From assembly GCA_945862365.1 (NCBI GenBank), contig CAMAXK010000005.1:813-64812 (forward strand): DNA of 64,000 bases. The letters are read 5' to 3'. Positions 26,491-37,272 of the stretch are shown here, one piece after another. The stretch's first letter is position 1. Each line of letters begins with the position of its first letter. A program made the position numbers and the translations under genes. The DNA comes from Chlamydia trachomatis (GTDB lineage Bacteria > Chlamydiota > Chlamydiia > Chlamydiales > 2-12-FULL-49-11). The notes under the pieces were generated by a model that was not told the DNA's origin, did no database searches, and worked only from the letters and a program-made list of their open reading frames with translations.

Positions 26491-27041
26491 TTTTTAAACT
26501 CCTCTATGTTTTTCTTAAACATTTGGAAAAGAGCTCTCATTTCACTTACTTGTTGCCTCATGGACCCACTATATAAAGTATAGCTTAGTTTTCCATCGGC
26601 AACCTCAATAAGTAATTCTAGATTTTCTGTATGTTGTTTTTGATATGAAAATATATACGAATAATATTTGCCATATTCTTGAGAGATTGTTGAAAACTGC
26701 TCTATATTTTTCCTAGTTATTTGTTCTATTAGATCGTAACAGGCATCTAGATCTTCTTTATAAAGATTTGGTCTCTTATGTATAGTTTTACTCAATTCTT
26801 TAATATAGTTATTATTTATTTCAATAGTATGAATAGGTGCTGGATTTTCTAGTCTTTCTACAATGGGGGAAATAAGGCGGCCAGCTTGCTCGGATTTGCC
26901 GCTTTCTAAACCATGTATCATTTTATAAATTTCTTTAATCTCATTATATTGTTTTATAAAACACTCTTTCAGCGCAGAAAATTTATTATATAATTCATTA
27001 ATTTGAAATTTATAGGTGTTTTGTATAGTTATTATGCTCAT
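26457..27041 (-). CDS. hypothetical coiled-coil protein (very AT-rich gene)
   Basis: It is the only long ORF in this interval and is convergent with the pGP6-D-like gene, overlapping its 3' end by 34 nt. I recognise no motif. Confidence 0.35.
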   Translation of the reverse strand: MSIITIQNTYKFQINELYNKFSALKECFIKQYNEIKEIYKMIHGLESGKSEQAGRLISPIVERLENPAPIHTIEINNNYIKELSKTIHKRPNLYKEDLDACYDLIEQITRKNIEQFSTISQEYGKYYSYIFSYQKQHTENLELLIEVADGKLSYTLYSGSMRQQVSEMRALFQMFKKNIEEFKNHFPTRPLLAE

Positions 27042-27084
27042 AATAACATTTATTATATCATAATTTTAATTAATGTCACTAATA

Positions 27085-29142
27085 TTAATTCTGGATCGCA
27101 GTAATTGCTATAGTAAAAATAATATCATCCACAGAGGCCCCCCGGGATAGATCATTTACAGGTTTTGCAAGACCTTGAAGCATCGGCCCTATGGATAGGA
27201 CCCCAGCTGTTCTTTGTACGGCTTTGTAGGTGGTATTTGCTGTGTTAAGATCTGGGAAAATAAAGACAGTTGCTTTTCCTGCAACCTTACTATTTGGTGC
27301 TTTTGTTTTTGCAACAGAAGGGACTTTAGCTGCATCATATTGTAAAGGGCCGTCGCAAAGAAGGTGGGGCGCTCTTTGTTTTACAAGCTCTGTTGCTTTT
27401 TTCACTTTTTCCACTTCAGCTCCAGTTCCTGACGATCCTGTACTGTAGCTAATCATGGCAACAATTGGATCGATGCCAAAAAGCGCTGCCGATGCGGCAC
27501 TTTGGATGGCAATATCTGCAAGACCCTCGGCGCTTGGATTTTGATTCACAGCGCAGTCGCCATAGACTAAAACTTCTTCTTCTAGACACATAAAAAAGAT
27601 GGAAGAGACAAGATTTACCCCATCTGCAGTTTTTAAAATTTTTAAAGCAGGACTTACAACGTTTGCCGTAGTAGTATTTGCCCCAGCTACAAGCCCATGA
27701 ACTTTCCCACTATGAAGCATCATCATACCCACAACAATAGGATCATGAAGATATTCAATTGCATTTTGCTCGGTCAGCCCTTTATGTTTTCGCAGTTCAA
27801 GTAGTGGAGCTAGGTACTGCTTTGCCTCTTTTTCTGGATCCAAAATAGTGATCTTTGGATCAAGTCCAATCCCATTTTTTTTACACAATTCTAATATTTG
27901 CTCCACTTTGCCAAGAAGGACAATGGAGGCAATTGCTTTTCGGCTACATGTATTTGCCGCTTGTAAAATCCTCGGATCATCGCTTTCAGGAAGTAAAATG
28001 GTACGTTTTAAAGCTTTTGCCTTTTCCATTAAATAGAATCGAAAGGCAGCAGGAGAAAAAGTTATTTTAGTATGTTGGTTGATTAGTGAACCTACCCATT
28101 CTTTATCTATATGTTCTGCAATAAAATTTTTTATTCTTTCAAGTTGAGCACTGTTTGATGCAGTGATCTTAGTATTAAGATTTTGCAGTGCAATAGAGGT
28201 TCTGAGGCTATCTGTTTTTGTTAATAAAATAGGCAGTCCTTCATCCATTGCTTTTTTACAAAGCTTTAAGGTCTCTTCCGATGGATTATGACCACCAGTA
28301 AGAAGAAGAGCGGCGATTTTTGTACCACTTAAATAAGCCATGCATGTGGCAAGGATAATATCTGAACGATCACCTGAGGTGATAATCATCACATCTGCTT
28401 TTAGTACTTTGGAGACATTTTCCAATGTGGCTGCAGCTAGAACAAAATGGTGAACTAAAGCATTATGGTAGGTAGTTGGATTGATAAGTGTAGCATCTAG
28501 ATGATGCAAAATACTTGAAACATCTGAGGACATAAGCGTTCTATTCCAAGGAATAAAGCCAAGAAGTTTAATTTTTGTATTTTTGAAGGCGCCAGATGAG
28601 ATAATTGTGGATTTTGGTGGGTCAAAAAGATCAATTCTAGTATTTCCGGTTTTGTCAGTAGGAGCGCCCACTTTATTTAAGATACATCCTAATACATGGG
28701 GACTATCGATCCCTCCAAACGATTTTGCCTCGATTTCTAGTGTTTCTGTCACCTCTTTGACAGATCTATTACCTACAGAGGTGATCAAGATCACCTCAGC
28801 TGATAAAGCGGAGGCAATTTTTTGATTGAGCTTTGACCCAAATCCTTGATTTTGTGTATTTAACACCCCTTCAATTAAGAGTATGTCACAAGTTGGGGTC
28901 TGCGTCTTTTTATAGGTGAGGATAAATTCTAATAAAGTATCCTCTTCTCCTTTGCTGAGTAATTCCATCATAGCACTATAAGGCATGGGATGTGATGGAT
29001 CGTTTAGATGATTATCCCGTCCAATAGGTCTAAGAATGTGTGTTTTAAGCCCATGATTTTCAAATGCCCGCATGAGCCCTTCTGATGTTGTGTATAAACC
29101 TGCATTTAGATTCACAGGACTAAGGAGAATGATTTTTGTCAA
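27085..29142 (-). CDS. pta: phosphate acetyltransferase, long form (DRTGG/AAA-like N-terminal domain plus PTA domain)
   Basis: It has a C-terminal PTA_PTB domain (GDCAVNQNPS, SYSTGSSG, GPLQYDAA, NDLSRGA). It overlaps ackA by 4 nt. Confidence 0.9.
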   Translation of the reverse strand: MTKIILLSPVNLNAGLYTTSEGLMRAFENHGLKTHILRPIGRDNHLNDPSHPMPYSAMMELLSKGEEDTLLEFILTYKKTQTPTCDILLIEGVLNTQNQGFGSKLNQKIASALSAEVILITSVGNRSVKEVTETLEIEAKSFGGIDSPHVLGCILNKVGAPTDKTGNTRIDLFDPPKSTIISSGAFKNTKIKLLGFIPWNRTLMSSDVSSILHHLDATLINPTTYHNALVHHFVLAAATLENVSKVLKADVMIITSGDRSDIILATCMAYLSGTKIAALLLTGGHNPSEETLKLCKKAMDEGLPILLTKTDSLRTSIALQNLNTKITASNSAQLERIKNFIAEHIDKEWVGSLINQHTKITFSPAAFRFYLMEKAKALKRTILLPESDDPRILQAANTCSRKAIASIVLLGKVEQILELCKKNGIGLDPKITILDPEKEAKQYLAPLLELRKHKGLTEQNAIEYLHDPIVVGMMMLHSGKVHGLVAGANTTTANVVSPALKILKTADGVNLVSSIFFMCLEEEVLVYGDCAVNQNPSAEGLADIAIQSAASAALFGIDPIVAMISYSTGSSGTGAEVEKVKKATELVKQRAPHLLCDGPLQYDAAKVPSVAKTKAPNSKVAGKATVFIFPDLNTANTTYKAVQRTAGVLSIGPMLQGLAKPVNDLSRGASVDDIIFTIAITAIQN

Positions 29143-30296
29143 AGCTCTCTCCTTAAGGTGTCGGAATCTTTGGCAATTAATAGCTCTTCATTTGTTGGGA
29201 TCACCGCAATATAGGGAGATTTATCTGTAGAAATAATTCCAGTATGACCCCGTTTAAGGTGATCATGAAAGGTCTCATTAATGGAAAAATGTGGCAGATA
29301 GTGAACCACTTTTGAGCGGATATAGGAGGAATTTTCACCAATTCCACCAGTAAAAATTAATCCATCACAGCCTCCAAGAGGAACCTCATAAGAGGCGATA
29401 TACTTTGCAAGTCTGTAGCAAAAAACCTCAATAGCAAGCATCGCTCTTGGGTGATTTTGTAGGGCTTTTTCTTCTAAAAGTCTCATATCGCTAGAAATTT
29501 CAGAAATCCCTAAAAGACCACTTTTTGAATTCAACTGAGTAAGTACCTCATCTGCAGAAAGATTTAATTCTTTGCAAAGAAAAGGGATAATGCTTGGATC
29601 AACATCGCCTGATCTAGTTCCCATCACAAGCCCTTCTAAAGGGGTAAAACCCATACTTGTATCTATACTTTGTCCATCTTTAACCGCACACACACTAGAT
29701 CCATTACCAAGATGAGCAATAATTAATCGTCTATATTCAGGAAGCACCTTCTTTGCAGCAAGAGAAATATATCTATGAGAGGTACCATGAAACCCATACT
29801 TACGAACCTTATGCTTTAGATAGTATTGATAGGGAAGGGCATAAAGATAAGCATGTTCAGGCATGGTCATATGAAAGGCTGTGTCAAATACAGCAATATT
29901 TGGTAAATGGGGGAAGGTTTTCATAGAAATTTCAATGCCTAAGGCATTTACTGGATTATGAAGAGGAGCTAAATGGGAGCATTTTTTGATCTTTTTTAAC
30001 ACCTCATCATTGATGATCACTGATTTGGAAAAATATTCTCCACCATGAACAACTCTATGGCCAATAGCCACAAGGTGTTGCTTAAATGGTTCTAGCTGAT
30101 GAAAAATATTTTCCAATACATCGCTATAGCTTTTACCTGGAAGCTTTTCTTCCTTATCTTTAGATTTAATACAGCAACGATCAGAACCAATATTTTCTGC
30201 AAGTCCCTTGAAATGAACTTCTTCAGAGATTGGATCGATCAATTGAAATTTGATCGATGAGCTGCCGCAATTTATAACAAACACAGTATTTCCCAT
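29139..30296 (-). CDS. ackA: acetate kinase
   Basis: It has INCGSSSIKF, HRVVHGG, AFDTAFH, YGFHGTSH and FTGGIGENS motifs. Confidence 0.95.
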   Translation of the reverse strand: MGNTVFVINCGSSSIKFQLIDPISEEVHFKGLAENIGSDRCCIKSKDKEEKLPGKSYSDVLENIFHQLEPFKQHLVAIGHRVVHGGEYFSKSVIINDEVLKKIKKCSHLAPLHNPVNALGIEISMKTFPHLPNIAVFDTAFHMTMPEHAYLYALPYQYYLKHKVRKYGFHGTSHRYISLAAKKVLPEYRRLIIAHLGNGSSVCAVKDGQSIDTSMGFTPLEGLVMGTRSGDVDPSIIPFLCKELNLSADEVLTQLNSKSGLLGISEISSDMRLLEEKALQNHPRAMLAIEVFCYRLAKYIASYEVPLGGCDGLIFTGGIGENSSYIRSKVVHYLPHFSINETFHDHLKRGHTGIISTDKSPYIAVIPTNEELLIAKDSDTLRREL

Positions 30297-30337
30297 ACCC
30301 TAAACTAGTACAAAAGATAGTATTTAATACAAGAAGT

Positions 30338-30886
30338 CTATTCCAGATCGCCCTTTATATCTAACGGCTCTTTGGTAAGAAAGGGGTCGTGGCAAACAAG
30401 AACCTCTTCTAAGAGTATAGATTTTAGAGTGATAAGCTCTTCAAGAAGAGCGCGCACACTTTCGGTGTAGAGAAAAAGCTTTTTGCACAAAACTTTTGAA
30501 GACAATACTCCTTTATCCTCTTTAATTTTACAAATTTCAGAAGAGATATCTGGAATGGTCTTTTTTAAAGCAAAAGCTGTGGAGAGTAATGGATTTAGAC
30601 TTCCATAAGAGGCAAAAGCAGCTTTATGCTTTTCAATTTCAGAAAGGATGATCGTAATACAAGTAACATCTTTATATAAATCAATCATTGCAGAACTGCC
30701 AGATTCTCCGTTATTTGCATTTCCAAGAAGAAAGTAAAACCCTGAAGGTTTTAAGCGATCTTTCTTTCCGGTGGCTGCATTTAAGCAGTAAAGATAAGAG
30801 TGTAAAGGCTCAATGATGTCAAGAATGGGTTGAATTGATTCCTCTAATTCATGTAATAGATCAATGTGAGGAAAAGTTTTTGTCAT
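30338..30886 (-). CDS. hypothetical protein
   Basis: It is a clean 182-aa ORF with no competing frame. I recognise no motif. Confidence 0.4.
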   Translation of the reverse strand: MTKTFPHIDLLHELEESIQPILDIIEPLHSYLYCLNAATGKKDRLKPSGFYFLLGNANNGESGSSAMIDLYKDVTCITIILSEIEKHKAAFASYGSLNPLLSTAFALKKTIPDISSEICKIKEDKGVLSSKVLCKKLFLYTESVRALLEELITLKSILLEEVLVCHDPFLTKEPLDIKGDLE

Positions 30887-31020
30887 GGTTGCTACCTTTT
30901 TCTCTTAACATGGATAGAAGGGGATTTTTGTACAATAGACTTTTGAAGAAAAGATAGGTGAATAAACGTTTATATGTTATAAAAAATTTTATTACTGAAA
31001 GAATGTATAAGGGCTTATAT

Positions 31021-33579
31021 ATGGAAAAAATTCAAATGGATTTAGAAACCAGAAAGGTGGTTCAACAGGTTAAGCATTATGTAATTAGCATGATAGGTAA
31101 GACTTTTGAGGATGCAAGCAACGATGAGGTGTTTCGAGCTTTAGCTTATGTACTGCGTGAGCAGATTATGATTCATTGGGCGGCAACAAGGCAATCAACG
31201 GCAAAGTCGCAGGCAAGAAGGGTCTATTATCTTTCTCTTGAGTGGTTACCAGGTAGAATTACCATCAATAACATCATAAATATTTCAAGTGTTGAATTGG
31301 TAAAAAATGTGCTTCAAGCTCTTGGTAAAGATTTTTCGGCTATTATGGCAGCAGAACCTGAGCCAGGACTTGGTAATGGGGGCTTAGGAAGACTTGCTGC
31401 TTGTTTTTTAGATTCTCTCGCTACACATCATTATCCAGCAGTAGGTTATGGGTTAAGGTATCAATATGGAATTTTTGAGCAGTCACTTTGGTCTGGGGTG
31501 CAAATTGAAAATAGTGATAATTGGCTTTTAAATCAGTATCCATGGGAGCTGCGCCGTGATAGTTATGCAGTAAATGTTCAGTATCATGGTAGTTTAGTAG
31601 AGAAAAAAAACAAGCATGATGAAATTATTCATGGCCTTGCTAACCATGATGAGGTAAGAGCTATTCCTTATGATATTCCAATTGTAGGTTATGGGGGGAA
31701 GGATGATTATTCTACGTTAACGTTAAGGCTTTGGACAACAAAAGAATCACCTAAAAATTTTGCTCTTAAAAGTTTTAATGAAGGAAATATTGCCGAGGCT
31801 GTGATTAATACTTCCATGACTGATGTTTTGTATCCTAATGATAAAAATATGCTTGGATTTATAATGAGGATCAAACAAGAGTTTCTTCTTGTATCAGCAT
31901 CTTTGCAAGATATTATTCGTCAGCATATTGATATTTTTGGAAATATGTCTAACTTTAGAGATAAAGCCCGTATTCAAATCAATGATACCCATCCTGCTTT
32001 AATTATAGCTGAGTTAATGATCATTTTGACAAAAAATCATGGCTACAAATTCATTGAAGCTTTTGATATTGTGGTGGAAGTTTGTAGTTATACTAACCAT
32101 ACAGTACTTCGAGAATCGTTAGAGGAGTGGGATGCTAAATATATTAAAGATATTTTACCCGCACAATATAGTATTATCGAGCGTCTTAATTATATGTTTT
32201 GTAATAAATTACGTGAACTATATCCTGGGGATGAAGAAAAAGTACGTAGGATGTCAATTATTGAAAATGGTAAAGTGAGAATGGCTCATTTGGCTATTGC
32301 TGGCTCTCATAAAGTAAATGGGGTAGCGGCTTTACATACAACCATTATTAAAGAAAAGCTGTTTAATGATTTTAATATTATGACTCCGGAAAAATTTGTC
32401 AATGTGACCAATGGAGTGACACAAAGACGATGGCTTTACAAATGCAATCCTGAACTTTCGAAAATGTTGATAGATTTAATTGGGATTGATTGGATTAAGG
32501 ATTTAAAGCAAATAGAAAAGCTTAAAGATCATATCCATAAAGAAGATGTGTGGCAAAGATTTTTAAAGATCAAAACGGATAATAAACACAATATGGTGCA
32601 AAATTTTATCCAATCAAAAAAAGAGAAGGGTATAGAGCAGCAGGAAATTGAAAAAGAGCTATTTTTTGATAATGAGGCGATGTTTGATGTACAAATTAAA
32701 CGTGTCCATGAATATAAAAGACAGCTAATGAATGCTTTGCATATTATTGTTCTTTATAATCGTATTAAAAAAAATCCAGACTCGGTAAAAATTAAGCGAA
32801 AAGTAATCTTTGGTGGAAAAGCTGCCCCTGGTTATGAAATGGCAAAAAATATCATCCGTATGATCTATCTGATTGGAAGAAAAATTCATGATGATAAAGT
32901 AGTTTCTGATAAGCTACGTGTTGTCTATGTGGAAAACTATAATGTTGCAAAAGCAGAAGTCATTATTCCTGCAGCAGATTTATCCGAGCAAATATCTACA
33001 GCTTCTATGGAGGCCTCTGGTACGGGTAATATGAAGTTATCCCTTAATGGAGCTCTCACCATTGGTACTGACGATGGGGCAAATGTGGAAATGCGTAAGG
33101 CGGTAGGGGATGCAAACTGGCCATTTTTATTTGGCTTTTCAGCAGATCAAGTTCTAAAAATTAAAAGCGAAGGATCTCATGATCCGATGAAATGTATGAA
33201 AGATCATATTGAAATTTATGATGCTATGAATGCATTGATAGATGGAACGTTTGCAAGCAACGAAGCTGAGGATAATGTACTTAAATCAATACATGATAGT
33301 TTAATTATTGGAGATAGTAGGGATAAATATTTAGTGCTTGGGGATCTTGCCGATTATATTGCTGCCCAAGATAGAGCTGCAAAATTGTACGAAGATAAAG
33401 AAAAATGGGCAAAAATGGCGCTATGGAATATGGCCTCTATGGGAACCTTTTCTTCTGATGTCTCCATTACTAATTATGCAGAAAAAATTTGGGGAATTAC
33501 GCCTTGTCCTTTAAATCAAGAAATCTTATCTCGTATTAATAAAGAATTTGCAGAATCAGATAGATGCTATATAGATTAA
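31021..33579 (+). CDS. glgP: glycogen phosphorylase
   Basis: It has GLGNGGLGRLAAC, INDTHP, NGV..RRW and the PLP site EASGTGNMK. I chose the start at MEKIQMDLE, since the track start at 30958 adds a non-homologous extension. Confidence 0.95.
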   Translation: MEKIQMDLETRKVVQQVKHYVISMIGKTFEDASNDEVFRALAYVLREQIMIHWAATRQSTAKSQARRVYYLSLEWLPGRITINNIINISSVELVKNVLQALGKDFSAIMAAEPEPGLGNGGLGRLAACFLDSLATHHYPAVGYGLRYQYGIFEQSLWSGVQIENSDNWLLNQYPWELRRDSYAVNVQYHGSLVEKKNKHDEIIHGLANHDEVRAIPYDIPIVGYGGKDDYSTLTLRLWTTKESPKNFALKSFNEGNIAEAVINTSMTDVLYPNDKNMLGFIMRIKQEFLLVSASLQDIIRQHIDIFGNMSNFRDKARIQINDTHPALIIAELMIILTKNHGYKFIEAFDIVVEVCSYTNHTVLRESLEEWDAKYIKDILPAQYSIIERLNYMFCNKLRELYPGDEEKVRRMSIIENGKVRMAHLAIAGSHKVNGVAALHTTIIKEKLFNDFNIMTPEKFVNVTNGVTQRRWLYKCNPELSKMLIDLIGIDWIKDLKQIEKLKDHIHKEDVWQRFLKIKTDNKHNMVQNFIQSKKEKGIEQQEIEKELFFDNEAMFDVQIKRVHEYKRQLMNALHIIVLYNRIKKNPDSVKIKRKVIFGGKAAPGYEMAKNIIRMIYLIGRKIHDDKVVSDKLRVVYVENYNVAKAEVIIPAADLSEQISTASMEASGTGNMKLSLNGALTIGTDDGANVEMRKAVGDANWPFLFGFSADQVLKIKSEGSHDPMKCMKDHIEIYDAMNALIDGTFASNEAEDNVLKSIHDSLIIGDSRDKYLVLGDLADYIAAQDRAAKLYEDKEKWAKMALWNMASMGTFSSDVSITNYAEKIWGITPCPLNQEILSRINKEFAESDRCYID

Positions 33580-33581
33580 GG

Positions 33582-34328
33582 TCAAAGCACTAAGTTCCAT
33601 TTTTCTAACAGCATTTCAAAAGTGCCATTTTGGATTAATAAACCAAGCTGCTTATTAAATGTTTTTATCACCCCATCATTTTTTCCTGAAAGGGTTAAAA
33701 GACGTAGTCCTATGTCAGTAAGTTTATTAGGATTTACTTTTAAAAGGTGCTTATATTCCATAGATAGATGACAGGTAAGGGATAAATAGGGAATAATTGC
33801 ACCATCGACGGTGTAGTTAGAGATATTTTCAAGAATCTCTGGGATGAGTGTGTAGTAGGTAAGGTTTACCTCGGGATAGTTTTTAAATAGTGAGATAAGA
33901 TTTGGCCATTGTTGTATCGCTATTATTTTACCATTTAAATCTTTAAAGTTTGCTAAGGGCTCATCTGCCCTTGTAACAAGTACATCTCCTAAAGAAAGAA
34001 ACATGGAGGAAAAATCATAGGTGTTATCGGTGATGATATCTTCTGAAAGTGAGGAAATGATGAGATCAGTAATGTTTCCTGATAATGATTCAAGGCTGTT
34101 ATCATAACTTAGCTCTTTGTAGGTCGGAATGTATCTTGAATTTTTAAAAATTTCTTCAAATAATTCAATAGTGAAGGCATATACAAGCCCTTGCTTTGTG
34201 CCCACTGGGCTTGATAGAAAGGTGGGATCTATTCCAATACGCAACTGCTTTTTTGGGATGATGGTTGAGCAGGCTGGAAAAACAGTGAGAAGGGATAGGG
34301 AAATGATCAGGAATATCTTTTTTAGCAT
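33582..34328 (-). CDS. periplasmic substrate-binding lipoprotein (SBP family 3, ArtJ-like), orphan
   Basis: It has a lipobox (VFPAC) and a type 2 periplasmic binding fold pattern (LRIGIDPTF, DLIISS, KIIAIQ). No permease or ATPase gene lies adjacent. Confidence 0.55.
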   Translation of the reverse strand: MLKKIFLIISLSLLTVFPACSTIIPKKQLRIGIDPTFLSSPVGTKQGLVYAFTIELFEEIFKNSRYIPTYKELSYDNSLESLSGNITDLIISSLSEDIITDNTYDFSSMFLSLGDVLVTRADEPLANFKDLNGKIIAIQQWPNLISLFKNYPEVNLTYYTLIPEILENISNYTVDGAIIPYLSLTCHLSMEYKHLLKVNPNKLTDIGLRLLTLSGKNDGVIKTFNKQLGLLIQNGTFEMLLEKWNLVL

Positions 34329-34352
34329 AAAAAAAATGTAACATCAATTTTA

Positions 34353-35774
34353 TTATACAAACAAGGAGAAAATTGCATAAATAATCACTGTAAAAATTGC
34401 AGCAAATGGAATGGTGAGCACCCAAGATAAAAAGATTTCTTTTATGAGGCCAAAGTTTAGTGCGGATAATCCTTTAGCAAGGCCTACCCCAAGTACCGCC
34501 CCCACAATGGAGTGGGTGGTTGATATGGGCATTCCAAGTTTTGAGGCAACAAGGATTGTGGATGCGGCTGCAAATTCTGCTGCAAAACCACGGGTAGGAG
34601 TAAGTTGGGTAATTTTATTTCCAATTGTCTCAATTACTTTAAATCCATAAGTTGTAAGTCCTACAACGATGCCAAAGCCCCCAAAAAGTAGCAGCGGCAT
34701 AGATATGGTGGTAGATTTTAATAAGGAGGTGGGATCTTTTACCACGTCAATAATTGCTGCCACTGGACCAATTGCATTAGCTACATCATTGGATCCATGA
34801 GCAAAAGCGACAAAACAAGCAGTTAGTACTTGCAGCATGGCAAAAATTCCCTCGGCGCCACGATAATCAGCAGCAAGCTCTGTTTGATAAGGAGCTTTAT
34901 TTTTTGTTTCTTTTATCAAATCTGCTGTTTGAGAGAGCAGATCACTGATCTCATTTTTGCTTTCATCTTTGGAAGCAAGCCTTGCACGAATTAAGTTTTT
35001 TTGTACCTTTAGCAAAGAGGTGAGTCGTCTATCAAACTTAGCAGCAATGACATAGCTCATCTTAGCATTTTTAGTTTGCGATTTACAAAATAAGGCGGTG
35101 ATCAGGGCCCCAATCATGCTGATTACAAAGGATAAAATCATTGTAAATGTATAAGACATTTCTATATGTAAACTTTCTATTCCACCAAGGAAAGTGGATA
35201 CGCAAAAAACCATTAAAACGCCAAATACAAAATAAGGGGCAAGTCTTTGGGTAGATAGCAAAGGATTAAAAGAAAATAGAATCTTTCTTTGAATAAATGA
35301 AAATAAAAGAAAGGCTACAACTCCTGAAAGTGTTGGTGAAATTATCCAGCTTAAGGAAATTTTTAAAACCTCTGTCCATTGAACCACTTCAAAGCCCCCA
35401 ACAAGAATACCAAAACCCATTACAGCTCCTACAATTGCATGTGTAGTGGAGACTGGCCAATTAAAGAATGTAGCAATTTGGAGCCAAATAGCGGTTGCAA
35501 GTAGTGAAGAGAGCATCCCTTTAATAAAAACATTTGGGATTTGCTGAAACATTTGTGGATCGATAATCCCTTTTTGTATTGTTTCAGATACACTAGAACC
35601 TAAAATAACAGCGCCACCAAATTCAAGTACTGCGGCGATAAGAATCGCCTTTTTTAAAGTTATTGCCCCAGATCCAATTGAGGTTCCTACTGCGTTTGCC
35701 ACATCGTTTGCTCCGATGTTCCATAACATGTAAAATCCAATGATAAGCGCAAGCGAAATTAAAAATATTTCCAT
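34353..35774 (-). CDS. pit: inorganic phosphate transporter, PiT/PHO4 family
   Basis: It has duplicated GANDVANA/GSNDVANA signatures and a polytopic membrane profile. Confidence 0.9.
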   Translation of the reverse strand: MEIFLISLALIIGFYMLWNIGANDVANAVGTSIGSGAITLKKAILIAAVLEFGGAVILGSSVSETIQKGIIDPQMFQQIPNVFIKGMLSSLLATAIWLQIATFFNWPVSTTHAIVGAVMGFGILVGGFEVVQWTEVLKISLSWIISPTLSGVVAFLLFSFIQRKILFSFNPLLSTQRLAPYFVFGVLMVFCVSTFLGGIESLHIEMSYTFTMILSFVISMIGALITALFCKSQTKNAKMSYVIAAKFDRRLTSLLKVQKNLIRARLASKDESKNEISDLLSQTADLIKETKNKAPYQTELAADYRGAEGIFAMLQVLTACFVAFAHGSNDVANAIGPVAAIIDVVKDPTSLLKSTTISMPLLLFGGFGIVVGLTTYGFKVIETIGNKITQLTPTRGFAAEFAAASTILVASKLGMPISTTHSIVGAVLGVGLAKGLSALNFGLIKEIFLSWVLTIPFAAIFTVIIYAIFSLFV

Positions 35775-35778
35775 AAGT

Positions 35779-36453
35779 TCACTTTATATTTAGTAACATT
35801 CCAATTCGAATAGCTTCTTTTTCAGCATTATGTGAAATTAGCCCAATTGCTTCAATAAACTTTAACCAAAGGGTAAAATCTGTAAAAGAGAGTTTTTCGC
35901 TAAGAGAAAAAAGAGTTTTTTTCAGCTCCTTTCTAATAAGGTCGGCCTCATGTTCAAGTTGGGTAATTTCCCCAATTTGACCTAAAATTTTTATGGCAAT
36001 AGGTCCGCCAAAGGAGGCTTCAATTAAGGTATCAAGCTCAAATACAATTTCCTTTAAAATCCAAGTTGTGTCTAGATTTGTATCAATATATTCGGCAAGT
36101 TTTTCTTCAATTTCTGGGAAAGTGGTAAGCGATTTTAGGATAAGAAGATCTCCAATATCTTCGGCCACATCGGCTAAATTATCTTGCAGGTTTAAAATTT
36201 CTAAAAAGTTAATTCTGTCGATGGAAAAAAGATAACTTTTTGGTAAAGAAGAGCGAATATCATTTTTTACAAGATCTGCCTCATGCTCTAATTCGGAAAT
36301 GACTTTTGCTGCCTCTTCAATCTTTTTAGAGTCGGCCTCTAACCGTAAAGAGCAAAGTTCTTTAAGTTTAGCAAGACAGGCGCAAACCTTCTGCATATGG
36401 ATTTGAAGATTAGATAAGGGAGGACTTGGAAATAAGGCTGAAAATAGATTCAT
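35779..36453 (-). CDS. DUF47/PhoU-like phosphate transport regulator partner of PiT
   Basis: It has a repeated LEHEADL(V/I)K/R helix motif typical of TIGR00153/DUF47 proteins and lies directly upstream of pit. Confidence 0.8.
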   Translation of the reverse strand: MNLFSALFPSPPLSNLQIHMQKVCACLAKLKELCSLRLEADSKKIEEAAKVISELEHEADLVKNDIRSSLPKSYLFSIDRINFLEILNLQDNLADVAEDIGDLLILKSLTTFPEIEEKLAEYIDTNLDTTWILKEIVFELDTLIEASFGGPIAIKILGQIGEITQLEHEADLIRKELKKTLFSLSEKLSFTDFTLWLKFIEAIGLISHNAEKEAIRIGMLLNIK

Positions 36454-36455
36454 GC

Positions 36456-37199
36456 TTAAAGTGTACTGCTAGGGAGTTTTTTATAGCTAGATTTTTTTTC
36501 AAATAAAGAAGCTTTTTCCTTCGCTGTTAAAATTCTGTAGGCACCACGCGGCAGCGTTCCAAGCTCTAAATTCCCTAAACGTACCCGTTTTAAGCGTGAA
36601 ATATTAAGTCCTGTTCTTGCCACAAGAAGTCTCACCTCATGTTTTCTCCCTTCCATTACAGTGATCGATACGACATTTTTCTTCACTTTTGAAACAGAAA
36701 CTGGTTGAACTTTTTTGCCTTCTACGTAGGTACCCTTTCTCATTTGTTCTAAATCATCAAAGGTAATGTCTTCTTTTGTGGTAGCAAAATATTGACGTTC
36801 GATATTGGAAGAGGGGTGCATGACCTGATGGGCAAAATCCCCTTCTGAAGTAATTAATAGCAATCCTTCGGTATGTTTGTCCAGACGACCAATGGTATAA
36901 AGTCTTGCTTTTCTGTCTTTGATAAGATCGATTGCCAAAAGATCATTTCCTACCCGCTTATTACTACAAATGTATCCAGCAGGTTTATTCAAAAGGTAGG
37001 TTACTTGTTTTGGGGGAGCTTTAGAGATGGATTTACCATCTACAGATATATAATCTTTTTTTGGGTCAGCTAGTGTGCCTAAGGCTGTACAAGTTTGACC
37101 ATTTAGTGTAACTCTCCCTTCTTCTATTAGAATATCAGCACTTCTTCTACTTGCAATTCCAGCATTTGCTAAAATTTTATTTAAACGAATTTTTTCCAT
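36456..37199 (-). CDS. rluB: rRNA pseudouridine synthase (RsuA/RluB family)
   Basis: It has an N-terminal S4 domain (RLNKILANAGIASRR) and the catalytic motif GRLDKHTEGLLL. Confidence 0.85.
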   Translation of the reverse strand: MEKIRLNKILANAGIASRRSADILIEEGRVTLNGQTCTALGTLADPKKDYISVDGKSISKAPPKQVTYLLNKPAGYICSNKRVGNDLLAIDLIKDRKARLYTIGRLDKHTEGLLLITSEGDFAHQVMHPSSNIERQYFATTKEDITFDDLEQMRKGTYVEGKKVQPVSVSKVKKNVVSITVMEGRKHEVRLLVARTGLNISRLKRVRLGNLELGTLPRGAYRILTAKEKASLFEKKSSYKKLPSSTL

Positions 37200-37272
37200 A
37201 GTAAGATAAGTTCCCTATTTTTTCTGAATATGTTACCATAGGGACAAATTTACAAAAAGAGAATATAGGTAA

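Noticed and set aside
26457-27041. I considered that the 194-aa coiled-coil ORF after the pGP6-D-like gene might be the CT584-type T3SS needle-tip candidate, by synteny.
   Set aside because: The orientation is opposite and I cannot recall enough CT584 sequence to support homology. It is left as hypothetical.
34129-34425. ORFs 34129-34341 (+) and 34165-34425 (-) lie around the start of the SBP gene and the end of pit.
   Set aside because: They overlap the SBP lipoprotein N-terminus and the short spacer. No motifs were recognised, so they are probably spurious.
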